DNA of 64,000 nt from Candidatus Babelota bacterium (GTDB lineage Bacteria; Babelota; Babeliae; Babelales; CAIQNR01). Both the position numbers and the translations under genes were made by a program. The DNA lies in assembly GCA_965658655.1 (NCBI GenBank), contig CBFHTA010000001.1:114507-178506 (forward strand), given 5' to 3'. Numbering within the stretch: position 1 is the stretch's first letter; each line of letters opens with the position of its first letter. Under the pieces are notes generated by a model. The model made no database searches and was not told the DNA's origin. It was given only the letters and a program-made list of their open reading frames with translations. Of this stretch, positions 19,139 through 28,899 are shown piece by piece.

Positions 19139-20020
19139 CTATTTACGATCACGCAACAACAACATAACTGGGCTTGCGATAAATATTGAAGAATAGGTTC
19201 CAACAATAATACCAACAAGCAGCGCAAGTGATAGACTTCGTAATGACTCTCCTCCATATACGAACAATGAACCAACAGTTAAACCTGTAGAAATACTTGT
19301 TAAAAGTGTTCTTTTCAGAGTTTGGTTCAAACTTAAATTCACTACCTCGTTCGCTGTTTTGCTCGATTCTTTCACAAAGTTTTCTCTAATACGTGCGTAA
19401 ATTACAATCGTATCGTTAATGGAGTAACCTAGTGTAGTTAGAATTGCAATGACTACATTTGGAGAGATCTCTTTGTCTAACAAAACAAAGACCGCCAAGA
19501 TACACAGTGCATCATGGAAAATAGCGACTACTGCACCCATTCCATATGATAAAGACCAAAACCTGAAAGCAATATATAAAAGCATTGCAAGCAAACCAAG
19601 CGCAACCATCCAAAGCGAGTTAGAGATCAATGCAGATCCCACTCCAGGACCAACTGCGTTAGTCTCTAAAATAGTCACTTTAGTATCAGTCAAATGTTTT
19701 TCTAATCCGTCTTTAATAGTAGTTCCAAGACCTTGTACATTATTAGAAAATTCTTTTACCCGTACAAGCGCATCAACATCGCTAAACTCTCTTGTTGTTG
19801 CATCTTTAAAGCCACTACCAGCTAAGGCGTTCTTTAAACTTTCTGAACCTACTGGCTTACTAAATTTAACTAAAAGCTGCGTTCCACCAACAAAGTCTAC
19901 GCTATAACGAAAACCTTTATGCTGAATATAACCAAAAACACCGGCTCCTATAAGAACACAAGACAAAAGCGCAGCTGTAACACGGTATCTTAAAAAATTG
20001 ATGCGAGGATATTGAACCAT
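19139..20020 (-). CDS. secF: protein translocase subunit SecF
   Basis: YSVDFVGGT, TTLGYSINDTIVIYARIRE and six TM segments. The ORF extends to 20035. Confidence 0.9.
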   Translation of the reverse strand: MVQYPRINFLRYRVTAALLSCVLIGAGVFGYIQHKGFRYSVDFVGGTQLLVKFSKPVGSESLKNALAGSGFKDATTREFSDVDALVRVKEFSNNVQGLGTTIKDGLEKHLTDTKVTILETNAVGPGVGSALISNSLWMVALGLLAMLLYIAFRFWSLSYGMGAVVAIFHDALCILAVFVLLDKEISPNVVIAILTTLGYSINDTIVIYARIRENFVKESSKTANEVVNLSLNQTLKRTLLTSISTGLTVGSLFVYGGESLRSLSLALLVGIIVGTYSSIFIASPVMLLLRDRK

Positions 20021-20115
20021 CCTTACTCTCCACAAAGTTTAAAATCGTTTGGAATAATCATGAATACGTACCAGCAAGTCTTATCATGTTTTTATGTTTA
20101 AAGCAAAAAGATTTT

Positions 20116-20376
20116 TTACTCAGAAATCGGATCTATAGAAACATATTTACGGCCACCAAATCCATAGTGAAACCTAATAACCCCTGCTCCTTTAGCGAAC
20201 AGAGTATGATCTTTACCCATTCCTACTTTTTTTCCTGGATGAACCTTTGTCCCACGTTGACGGATGATGATTTCACCACCAGTTACTGTTTGGCCTGCGA
20301 AGAGCTTAAAACCTAATCTTCTACCCGCACTATCGCGACCGTTGGACGTTGACCCACCCGATTTACTCGTTGCCAT
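20116..20376 (-). CDS. rpmA: 50S ribosomal protein L27
   Basis: [20 protein letters not shown]-like motif and [13 protein letters not shown]. Confidence 0.95.
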   Translation of the reverse strand: MATSKSGGSTSNGRDSAGRRLGFKLFAGQTVTGGEIIIRQRGTKVHPGKKVGMGKDHTLFAKGAGVIRFHYGFGGRKYVSIDPISE

Positions 20377-20461
20377 GAGAAATCCTAACTTTTCTTTTAA
20401 AGTGTTCTTAAGGGATTTTTTGGAATTTTATCTAGAATCCTTTGATTCCATGATAGCCTTG

Positions 20462-20490
20462 AGTATGACAATATTGATTTTAAAAGTCAA
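20462..20490 (-). promoter_or_regulatory. candidate rpmA promoter
   Basis: Minus strand TTGACT (20485-20490), 17-nt spacer, CATACT (20462-20467). Implies a leader of about 80 nt. Confidence 0.4.
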
Positions 20491-20535
20491 CACTTTCACC
20501 ATTATGAGCTTATATTCAGCATATCTAAGCTTAAT

Positions 20536-20850
20536 TTATATACATAAACAACAAAAGGGGCACCCAAGCTTACTACAAAAAACATACAGAGGAATGGCTC
20601 CCATAGCTGCTATTTCAAATTTTGTTGCCTCACGATTCAGGTCAACACGATAATTAGAAAAATAATTTTGTATTTCTTTCTCAGGCGTAAACGGCTTTTG
20701 AGTCGGTTGATTCTTATGAACAACAAACTCGCGCGCCTCAAGATCTGACTCGTCTAGACAAGGCCTTTGAACAGATAAAGAATCCTTTTTTAAACCTTCT
20801 GTCTGCAGACACCCGACTATAAACAATACCGTTAAGTTTATTTTTTTCAT
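20536..20850 (-). CDS. hypothetical small lipoprotein with Cys-rich hydrophobic C-terminus
   Basis: Lipobox FIVGC. C-terminus reads ...LYVFCSKLGCPFCCLCI. Confidence 0.5.
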   Translation of the reverse strand: MKKINLTVLFIVGCLQTEGLKKDSLSVQRPCLDESDLEAREFVVHKNQPTQKPFTPEKEIQNYFSNYRVDLNREATKFEIAAMGAIPLYVFCSKLGCPFCCLCI

Positions 20851-20914
20851 ACCTTTCTCCTTTTATTGATTCATTGAATCAAAGCTGCCAAGAACAATAA
20901 TAAAAACTTTTGTA

Positions 20915-21292
20915 TCAAGGAGTATCGTTATCTTGAGAGTTGCAGCAATGGCTTAGATGCCTCAAACAAAGATAAGTTGCCAAAGACAGTCCCGCAGTTG
21001 CTCCTACTAGAAGCCAAACCTCACACTTACTTTTCTTGCAGCCTCCACACCCAGACAAATCTCCTTCACAAGCTATCTTTTTAGTTTTTTGTAGACAATC
21101 AAAACAAGATCCACAAAAGCACTGTGTCCCTTTAGAGTTTCTCCCTAACTCTAACAACTTGCTATCAGGCACCTGAATAGACCTTGTCCCGTAATCAAGA
21201 TCACGGTTTGTCCAGCTTTCCAGTTTACTTTCTGAACAATGTGAAACAGTCACTACCAAAAAACCTAGAGTTAGACTCCATCTTTTCTCCAA
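20915..21292 (-). CDS. hypothetical Cys-rich protein with signal peptide and C-terminal TM anchor
   Basis: Signal-like N-terminus, CFCGSCFDCLQ...CEGDLSGCGGCKKSKC, then TM segment WLLVGATAGLSLATYLCL. Confidence 0.5.
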   Translation of the reverse strand: MEKRWSLTLGFLVVTVSHCSESKLESWTNRDLDYGTRSIQVPDSKLLELGRNSKGTQCFCGSCFDCLQKTKKIACEGDLSGCGGCKKSKCEVWLLVGATAGLSLATYLCLRHLSHCCNSQDNDTP

Positions 21293-21326
21293 AAGCCCTC
21301 CTTTGCTATATTATCTTCCTGCACCG

Positions 21327-21623
21327 TCAAGGTTTGTAATGAAGAATCCTTTCCTCCACCCATGGAACAAGTTTTAAACAAACAACAAAAGCAGCTGTTG
21401 CCGCAAAAACACATGCTCTTTTTGCATTACTATCAAGAGGAGCAAGTCTATCTGTTAAATCTATTTGATTATTTCGATCTGTTCCTTCTGGTATCTCAAC
21501 CCAAGACTCCCCTCTCTGCATCCCAAATGTTTTTAAAGGATGATCTGTTTTTCCTGTCCATTCGTCAGAAACCCCATGCAGCTGCGTTGCTACTAACATA
21601 AAAACTACAGCCATTATTCGCAT
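21327..21623 (-). CDS. hypothetical small protein with signal peptide and C-terminal TM anchor
   Basis: MRIMAVVFMLVATQLHG signal. C-terminal hydrophobic segment ACVFAATAAFVVCLKLVPWV. Confidence 0.45.
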   Translation of the reverse strand: MRIMAVVFMLVATQLHGVSDEWTGKTDHPLKTFGMQRGESWVEIPEGTDRNNQIDLTDRLAPLDSNAKRACVFAATAAFVVCLKLVPWVEERILHYKP

Positions 21624-21641
21624 TTTGGTACATCCTTTCTA

Positions 21642-21992
21642 TTAACCCCCTGTAAAATTACCGCCATTCTGGTCTAAGTGTTGCTCGATTACTCCGCAAG
21701 TGGCAACCAAAATTACTGCTGCTGCCGAAACAGCGGCACAAAGCGTAGCGTAGCACTTCCACCTAGGCTTTCTGCCAGTACAACAAGTATTTTTTGTACT
21801 ATGTAAACTATGAAGTTCACTGTCACCACAAACAATTGCTCTCTCTAGAGAAAGCGGTGTCTTTACACTCGAAAACACTGTACTCTCTCCTGCCACCTCA
21901 ATGCTCGGAGGGTACCCATAAGGGTACCTTTTGGCACCAAACGCCTGTCTGCTCATTACCATTAAAACTAACAACATTGTTAGTTTTTTCAT
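21642..21992 (-). CDS. hypothetical small protein with signal peptide and C-terminal TM anchor
   Basis: MKKLTMLLVLMVMSRQAFGA signal. CC/C-rich juxtamembrane stretch, then TM segment LCAAVSAAAVILVATCGVI. Confidence 0.5.
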   Translation of the reverse strand: MKKLTMLLVLMVMSRQAFGAKRYPYGYPPSIEVAGESTVFSSVKTPLSLERAIVCGDSELHSLHSTKNTCCTGRKPRWKCYATLCAAVSAAAVILVATCGVIEQHLDQNGGNFTGG

Positions 21993-22293
21993 GTCTTACC
22001 CCTTTAATCTTATTATTCTCATGTAACGCTACAAGCTGATGCCAGAGACTCTTTATTAACAGAAGTTATTGTTGATACAACAATGCACTCTAATCATAGA
22101 GTTATCAATGCAAACAGAAATGACATTAATGAATTGCTCCTTCTCTATTGTATCCATCCCGTGTTAACACCTTTTTCTGAATCATTTGAGGTAATTACAA
22201 TTCCAGAACTATTTGGCCTACACGTATTGCCCGGTTTAAAAGAGAAGCATCCATATGCTCTAAGTGATATAAAAACAAACCTTAAGGTTCAGA

Positions 22294-23064
22294 TTACTCA
22301 CCTAACTGCTCTGTCCATTCTTTAAGTTGATCTTCCCACTCATCACCAATTAAATATTTTTTACGCCAGGCTTCGAGTGAATACTTAAAGTGCGGAAGCG
22401 CTAATTTTAAAAGCCCAAGAGCATATTCACGAATTTCTTTTTGTGCACCAGAACCTAAGCGTAGCTTCATAAAGTGCATAAGTGACTGTAAGTTACAGGT
22501 ATAGATAAACTCGGTATACGTTGCTACCGGCAATATTGCACGAGCTTGCTCACGACATACACCCGCTTCGAGCATTTTAGTATAAGCATCATATGCATTT
22601 TCCAAAGCCTGTTTATATTGCCCTGTTAATTCATCGTTAGTAAAAGCCCCATAAGAAGATTGTCCATTTTCTTTATCTTGCAATCTAAAATCTTTAGGTA
22701 TATAAAATTCTGTTTTTACTTTTACATAGCGATAGCTAATCTCATTGTACGAGTTAATTCTATGGCGCATCCATTGCCGTGTAATAAAAATTGGCGCTTT
22801 CACACGAAAAGACAACTGATTGTGTTCAAAAGGGCTTGAATGGTTATGCTCCATAAGAAAATCAATAAGCTTTTTGTCTCGCTCACTTATTTCATGAGAA
22901 ATTCTTCCATAAGAAACACGGGCAGCATTGGCAATATCAAGATCAGAGCCAGATACGCGAACCAACTCTACCGAGCTAATTCCATCGCCAAGAGGATCTA
23001 CTCTATTTTCTTGCGCTCCAAAAACTGTTTGCGTTGTTTTTGTTTTTTGTTGGTCCATAGACAT
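22294..23064 (-). CDS. thyX: flavin-dependent thymidylate synthase
   Basis: ThyX signature RHRINSYNEISYRY (RHRxxSxxxxSxR). Confidence 0.95.
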   Translation of the reverse strand: MSMDQQKTKTTQTVFGAQENRVDPLGDGISSVELVRVSGSDLDIANAARVSYGRISHEISERDKKLIDFLMEHNHSSPFEHNQLSFRVKAPIFITRQWMRHRINSYNEISYRYVKVKTEFYIPKDFRLQDKENGQSSYGAFTNDELTGQYKQALENAYDAYTKMLEAGVCREQARAILPVATYTEFIYTCNLQSLMHFMKLRLGSGAQKEIREYALGLLKLALPHFKYSLEAWRKKYLIGDEWEDQLKEWTEQLGE

Positions 23065-23133
23065 ATCCTTTTAGTAAAAATGTCGTTTCAAACAGAATAC
23101 TAAACAATAAAAATGGTATCAAATACTAGATAC

Positions 23134-23718
23134 TTACAAACAAACCGCTAAGCCCACTACAAACTTAACAAATCTTCCACAACACGCACTCACACTTTCC
23201 ATACAGCTACTTTCACGCTCTTTGCCATCTTCTTCGTCTTCAGCTGCTTGCTCTTCTAAGATTGTACCTGTGTGTCCCATTACCGGTTGTGCGCGAGATC
23301 CTTTTTTCTCTGTTTCTTCGTCGCTTTTCTCTCTGCCCCCAATAACAAATGTCGCTTTTACAGGACGATCTTTTGCGCCCTTAATCTTCACAGTTGCGTG
23401 AACCGTTCCACTACCCGTAGACTCAGGCCGATCCTCACCACTACCGGCAGACTGCGGACGCGATTCAGAAGAACGTATTGCCCCAATCGTTTCTGCTCTT
23501 TTTCTTTGTGCTCCAGCAACCCACTTCAAGCAACTCAATGATGTTTGACTTGTTAAACCTGCTCCATCTTCAGGCGCTGAATGGGGGCGTCCATCTTTTC
23601 GCGGAGATATTTTGGACTGAAGGGCTAGTCGTTGCCTTTCATCAAGAGGAGTCACTTTCGCGGTTCCTGCTTGCAAAAAAAGACCTGTTAAGCTAAATAG
23701 CAAAAGTATTCCCTTCAT
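23134..23718 (-). CDS. hypothetical secreted low-complexity protein with C-terminal Cys-rich TM anchor
   Basis: Signal MKGILLLFSLTGLFLQAGTA, S/G/E/R-rich body with an RPQSAGSGEDRPESTGSG duplication, and C-terminus CCGRFVKFVVGLAVCL. Confidence 0.45.
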   Translation of the reverse strand: MKGILLLFSLTGLFLQAGTAKVTPLDERQRLALQSKISPRKDGRPHSAPEDGAGLTSQTSLSCLKWVAGAQRKRAETIGAIRSSESRPQSAGSGEDRPESTGSGTVHATVKIKGAKDRPVKATFVIGGREKSDEETEKKGSRAQPVMGHTGTILEEQAAEDEEDGKERESSCMESVSACCGRFVKFVVGLAVCL

Positions 23719-23834
23719 GGCTCTACCCCTTATGCACCTCTTACCCCGCGCGAAATAACCCTAAAAAGCTCAGAAAGCTCATGCTTTTTTATAGCGCTAT
23801 TTAATAAAGGATTACAAGGATTAGCAGAAGAAGG

Positions 23835-26537
23835 TTACTTTGCTTCCTTCCAGTTATTACCAGTATGCGTATCTACAAGAAGTGAAACATCCCAGTTGAC
23901 CACACTTTGTAACTCTTTTTTAACAAGCTCTTCAACTTCTTGCTCAGAACCTTTTGCAACAGTCAAAAGAATTTCATCATGAATTTGTAATAACATGCAA
24001 GCGTCGAGCTTTTGCTTCTTCAGTGCATCAAAAACTTTGAGCATTCCCATTTTCATGATCTCAGCAGCTGTTCCTTGAGCAACTGTATTTACCGCAATAC
24101 GACATGCGAGATCATAGAGATTTTTATTGCGTTCTTTTAATCCAGGAACAGGCCGGCGTCTACCAAAAACAGTCGTCACATACCCGTCTTCTTTGCCCTT
24201 ATCAATAACCGAATCCATCCACTCTCGCACTTTTGGATACTGGGCAAAATAAGTCTCAATATACTTTTTTGCATCTTTTAATGGAATATCTAAATCTTTT
24301 GAAAGGCCATAGGGAGTTAAACCATACAAAATGCTAAAGTTAATACGTTTACCAACAGTACGTTCTTTAGGTGTAACTTTATCAAGTGAAACATCAAAAA
24401 TACGAGCTGCTGTTTCTGCATGAATATCATGACCATCTTTAAATGCTTTAAGGAGTGTAGGATCTTGAGACAAGTGCGCTAATACACGCAGCTCAATTTG
24501 CGAGTAATCGGCAGACAAGAAAACCCTATCCCCTTGGGGCTTAAAGGCCATACGCACAGTGCTGCCCAAACCATCTACTGGTATGTTTTGAAGATTAGGG
24601 TTAGAACTTGAAAGCCGTCCGGTTGCGACACGAATTTGAGAATAGTCTGTGTGAATACGACCCGTTTTTTTATCTATATATTCAGGAAGCGCATCAATGT
24701 AAGTACTTTTTAATTTAAAAAGCTCTCGATACTGCATAATATAGCTTGGAACAGGATGCTCTTTTGAGAGTTCCATGAGAACCGCATTGTCCGTTGAATA
24801 CCCATCACCTTTAGCGTTTTTACGCTTTGGTGGTAACTTTAAATAATCAAATAATAAATGAGCAACTTGCTTTGAGGAACTAAAATTAATTTTTTCAAAC
24901 TGAGGGTCAAGCAATGCAATAGCTGTTCTTCGGATATCTTCAATCTGCTTAGTTACTACTTTATCAAGCTCTTCCAAAATAGAAACATCACAATAAATAC
25001 CACGTAATTCCATATCTACAAGGACATCTAACAGAGGCATTTCAATAGCATAAAAAATCTTTTCTACATTTTTTTCTTTGAGCAGCGGCTTTAAAACAAA
25101 ATATAATTTAAACGTTTGGTGTGAATCTGCAGCAGCATATTCTGTAGCTTCGTCAATAGGAACTTCTGCAAAATCTTTACGGCCTCGCTGATTTACGATT
25201 TCCTTAAAAGTCCACATTGGCTCATTTAAGTAGTGATACGAAATTTCTTTAAGGGCGTTTTTTTGCCACTCTTCTTTAACTAAATTTGCAGCCAAAATAG
25301 TATCAAAAATCATACCGCGCTCTTTAATGCCATGTTGCGCCATAACCATTTGATCGAACTTTGCATGATGAGCAATTTTTTTAATATTCGCATCTTCAAA
25401 GAGAGGCTTAATTTTTTCTAAAACGTACTCCCGCTCAAGCTGTTGTCCCTCGTTGTGTCCAAACGGAATATAATAAGAAACACCTTCTTGAGTACAAATC
25501 GAAAAACCTATCATGTCTAAATCAACCGCATTTGTTCCAACACCTTCAGTGTCGTAGGCAAAAAGTTTCTTTTCTTTAATCTCAGTAACAACTTGCTCTA
25601 AAAGCTCTTTAGTGTTTACACAGATAAATTGATACCCACGTTCTTGTGAAGTTCTAACGTGCCGCACCGGGCTACCTGCTTGCGCCATACCACGGAGCAA
25701 ACTTTTAAACCCAAGCTTTTCAAAAATACCTCGAGCGTCTACCCAACGCGTTGCATTAAACTTAAGATCGTCAAACGCAACGATGAGTTTATGCATACGG
25801 AGCAAGAATAATTTTTGACTCAAGAATGCATTGTCTTTATTTTTTTCAAGCGCATTTTTTAAACGATTAACAGTTACTCTATCTAAGTTGTTATATAAAT
25901 CTTCAAGTGATCTAAACTCAGAGACCAACTCTAAGGCCCCTTTTTTGCCAATACCTTTTACCCCAGGAATATTGTCTGAAGAATCCCCAAGAAGCGCAAA
26001 ATAAAACGGTGCCTTCTGGGGAGAGAACCCTAATTTGTCTTCATACACTTGCTCATCAATAAACAAATCTTTAAAAGTATCAAACATAATAATGTTTTCA
26101 TTTAACATCTGGCCCATGTCTTTATCAGATGTTACCACTACTACATTTTTCCCCTGAGACTCCCACTCTTTTGCTAACGAATACATTAGATCATCTGCTT
26201 CTACCCCAGACCGAGACAATTGATGCAAACCAATCGCATTAGCAAAATCAATGATGTATTCTTTTTGTTCAAAGAGATCGCTTGGTGGATCTTGACGCGT
26301 TGCTTTGTATTCAGGAAATATCTCATGTCGCTCTGTTGGTCCTTTACTGTCCCAGACGAGTGCTAAATGTTCAGGCTCAAATTGATCAACAAGCTTTTTG
26401 ATCATTCGACAAAAACCATACACTGCTTGAATCGGCTTACCATCTGCTGTATGCATTGGACGCAAACCATAATAAGCACGATATAAGAACGAAGATCCGT
26501 CAATTAAAAACAACGTATTTTTAGAATCAATATCCAT
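23835..26537 (-). CDS. polA: DNA polymerase I
   Basis: 900 aa with a 5'-3' exonuclease domain (LIDGSSFLYRAYY), a 3'-5' exonuclease domain and pol motifs (DYSQIELRVLAH, QIHDE). Confidence 0.97.
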   Translation of the reverse strand: MDIDSKNTLFLIDGSSFLYRAYYGLRPMHTADGKPIQAVYGFCRMIKKLVDQFEPEHLALVWDSKGPTERHEIFPEYKATRQDPPSDLFEQKEYIIDFANAIGLHQLSRSGVEADDLMYSLAKEWESQGKNVVVVTSDKDMGQMLNENIIMFDTFKDLFIDEQVYEDKLGFSPQKAPFYFALLGDSSDNIPGVKGIGKKGALELVSEFRSLEDLYNNLDRVTVNRLKNALEKNKDNAFLSQKLFLLRMHKLIVAFDDLKFNATRWVDARGIFEKLGFKSLLRGMAQAGSPVRHVRTSQERGYQFICVNTKELLEQVVTEIKEKKLFAYDTEGVGTNAVDLDMIGFSICTQEGVSYYIPFGHNEGQQLEREYVLEKIKPLFEDANIKKIAHHAKFDQMVMAQHGIKERGMIFDTILAANLVKEEWQKNALKEISYHYLNEPMWTFKEIVNQRGRKDFAEVPIDEATEYAAADSHQTFKLYFVLKPLLKEKNVEKIFYAIEMPLLDVLVDMELRGIYCDVSILEELDKVVTKQIEDIRRTAIALLDPQFEKINFSSSKQVAHLLFDYLKLPPKRKNAKGDGYSTDNAVLMELSKEHPVPSYIMQYRELFKLKSTYIDALPEYIDKKTGRIHTDYSQIRVATGRLSSSNPNLQNIPVDGLGSTVRMAFKPQGDRVFLSADYSQIELRVLAHLSQDPTLLKAFKDGHDIHAETAARIFDVSLDKVTPKERTVGKRINFSILYGLTPYGLSKDLDIPLKDAKKYIETYFAQYPKVREWMDSVIDKGKEDGYVTTVFGRRRPVPGLKERNKNLYDLACRIAVNTVAQGTAAEIMKMGMLKVFDALKKQKLDACMLLQIHDEILLTVAKGSEQEVEELVKKELQSVVNWDVSLLVDTHTGNNWKEAK

Positions 26538-26669
26538 GAGTATTCCTCTAATAGAAAGGTTTACTCAAGTATACCGCACTCTACAGAATAAATAAAAACG
26601 ATTAAACTCCCACTTGCTCTCACTTTCAAACATTGTCTCTATTGTCTCTATTCTGCTACACTTATTCGT

Positions 26670-28613
26670 ATGTATATTGATGTAAAATTACTTTCAGGTT
26701 TTCCTAAACCACTTCTTTACCGCGCTCCAAGTATGTGGAAAAATATTCCAAAGGGTACTATTGTAAATGTTCCTATGCGCAATACTATTGTTCCCGGAGT
26801 TATTTTGCGAGTGCACTCTACACCACCCAAAGTAAGCTTTGAGGTAAGAGAAGCAGAGAGCGTAGAGGCATTTCCTCAAGATAAAAACTATTACACGTTT
26901 ATCGAAAAACTTTCACAATACCATGCGGTAGAAGAAATGAGTTTTATTAAGCGTATTCATAGTTTTATAAAACAAAAAAACACACTTGATTTACCTGAAC
27001 AAAAAACATCTGCAAAACACAAAAACGTTGAACTAACCAATGAACAGCAAACAGTTGTAGATTTTTTAGTTCCTAAAATAACCGCGCAAATTTACACCCC
27101 AACCCTTTTGCATGGTGTTACTGGATCGGGCAAAACAGAAGTCTATAAAAAATTAATCCTACAAGCATTTAAAGAAAAAAAGAGTGCCATTCTATTGTTG
27201 CCAGAAGTTTCTCTCGCCGTACAATTTGAACGATTACTTCGGGCACAACTTCCCATAGAAATTCCTATTGTCTCTTTCCATAGCGCAACAAGTGCAAAAA
27301 CCAAAAAACTTTTATGGAAGTACGCTTTAGAAGGTTATCCACAATTAATTCTTGGGGTGCATCTACCGGTACTTTTACCGTTAGCAAACCTTGGCTTAAT
27401 TGTTATTGATGAAGAACACGAATCTGGATTTCAAGAAAAAAAACACCCAAAACTCAACACTAAACATGCGGCATTACTACGTGCTCAACTGTATAATATT
27501 CCTATCTTATTAGGTTCAGCAACGCCTTCAATAACCTCGCTCTATAATGTTAAGCATAGAAACTGGAAACTATTTCAACTAAAAAAAAGATTCGCTGGAG
27601 CATTTCCTCAAATTCAAAAAGTATTGTTGACCGACAAAAAACAACGGAAACATTTCTGGTTGAGCAACGAACTTAAAAACGCATTAGAAGATCGATTACA
27701 AAAAAAAGAACAAAGCCTAGTGTTCTTAAATCGACGCGGGATCTGTTTCTTTCTACAGTGCAAATCATGCTCTCACATATTCAATTGCAGATCATGTTCA
27801 GTAAGTTTAACATTGCATGCAGACGATTTTTTAAAATGCCATTACTGTTCATATTCAGAACAAAAGCCAACAGAGTGCCCTGATTGCCAAAAAACAGAGT
27901 TTCTTAAAAAAGGTATTGGAACGCAACAATTAGTGACTATGCTTCAACGAATTTTTCCTACCGCGCGCATTGCAAGAGCAGACATGGACACCACTGTAAA
28001 TAAAAAATTATGGCAGCAAATTATTACGCAGTTTGAAGGCCAAGAACTTGATATTTTAGTCGGCACACAAACAATAACCAAAGGGTACCACTTTCCCAAT
28101 GTTACCTTGGTGGGCATTATTTGGGGAGACATTAACTTAAATTTCCCATTTTACAGTGCTCAAGAATCTGTTCTTCAGCAGCTTATTCAAGTGGCAGGAC
28201 GCGCAGGTAGACAACGCGCAGACAGCAAGGTTATTGTACAAACCATGACCGAGCATCCGTTATTCAACTATTTAAATGAAGTGGATTACCTAAAATTCTA
28301 TCAAAAAGAAATCGAACAACGTCGACTCGTCAATTATCCTCCCATGGTCCGTTTTGCTGAAATAGAAATTAAACACTCAAAAGAAGAAGTTACAGAACAA
28401 GAAGCATTTACTATTGCGGCCCACCTGTTGAAACTCAAAACCGTAACTGTTTTGGGGCCAACCGAGCCGCCGGTTTCTAAAATAAAAAAAGTATTCAGTA
28501 AAAAAATCTATTTAAAAGCGCGAGAGTTTAAAGCTTTAGTGGATGCATTCAAGACACTTGACCAAAAAACACTCCGAAGTTCTCTCTTCTTTACACCCCA
28601 TCCTCTAAGCTGA
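26670..28613 (+). CDS. priA: primosomal replication-restart helicase PriA
   Basis: Walker A GVTGSGKT, DEEH box and a Cys-rich zinc module CKSCSH..CRSCS..CHYC..CPDC. Confidence 0.93.
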   Translation: MYIDVKLLSGFPKPLLYRAPSMWKNIPKGTIVNVPMRNTIVPGVILRVHSTPPKVSFEVREAESVEAFPQDKNYYTFIEKLSQYHAVEEMSFIKRIHSFIKQKNTLDLPEQKTSAKHKNVELTNEQQTVVDFLVPKITAQIYTPTLLHGVTGSGKTEVYKKLILQAFKEKKSAILLLPEVSLAVQFERLLRAQLPIEIPIVSFHSATSAKTKKLLWKYALEGYPQLILGVHLPVLLPLANLGLIVIDEEHESGFQEKKHPKLNTKHAALLRAQLYNIPILLGSATPSITSLYNVKHRNWKLFQLKKRFAGAFPQIQKVLLTDKKQRKHFWLSNELKNALEDRLQKKEQSLVFLNRRGICFFLQCKSCSHIFNCRSCSVSLTLHADDFLKCHYCSYSEQKPTECPDCQKTEFLKKGIGTQQLVTMLQRIFPTARIARADMDTTVNKKLWQQIITQFEGQELDILVGTQTITKGYHFPNVTLVGIIWGDINLNFPFYSAQESVLQQLIQVAGRAGRQRADSKVIVQTMTEHPLFNYLNEVDYLKFYQKEIEQRRLVNYPPMVRFAEIEIKHSKEEVTEQEAFTIAAHLLKLKTVTVLGPTEPPVSKIKKVFSKKIYLKAREFKALVDAFKTLDQKTLRSSLFFTPHPLS

Positions 28614-28624
28614 AAATATACCCC

Positions 28625-28882
28625 TTAAGCTTTGCCCTGCAAGAGCTTTTCGGAATCACTTTCCTCCTTTTTACCTCCCTCTGAAGACTTGTAAGATAAG
28701 ATAGAAGCTGCCTTCCTTTGCCCATTGATCATACTCTCGCAGATATCCCCTGCCGTCCCCCAACTATGTGCTTTCTTAGCTTTTTTTGGTTCTTTGCTCC
28801 CGGGTTCTTCTAGAGGAGAAGTTGCCACAACACAAAAACTAAATAAGCCTAAAAATATGCTTAATAAAAAAATATTTTTCAT
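28625..28882 (-). CDS. hypothetical small secreted protein
   Basis: The ATG at 28882 gives signal MKNIFLLSIFLGLFSFCVVATS and avoids overlap with orn. The mature part is K/E/S-rich. Confidence 0.4.
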   Translation of the reverse strand: MKNIFLLSIFLGLFSFCVVATSPLEEPGSKEPKKAKKAHSWGTAGDICESMINGQRKAASILSYKSSEGGKKEESDSEKLLQGKA

Positions 28883-28899
28883 CCCTACTCCTACTATTT

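Noticed and set aside
19449-19907. 152-aa plus-strand ORF within secF
   Set aside because: Shadow ORF antisense to a full-length, motif-bearing SecF.
20264-20653. 129-aa plus-strand ORF overlapping rpmA and its upstream region
   Set aside because: It overlaps conserved L27 in antisense and runs through the predicted rpmA promoter and leader. No supporting features.
22083-22325. 80-aa plus-strand ORF in the gap downstream of thyX
   Set aside because: No signal, RBS or motif, and it overlaps the thyX 3' end. The gap more likely holds the promoter for the 21992-to-20536 small-protein run.
23272-23696. Plus-strand ORFs 23272..23541 and 23478..23696
   Set aside because: They are antisense to 23134..23718, which has a clear signal peptide and C-terminal anchor. 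I note that the coding status of this whole low-complexity locus is only moderately supported.
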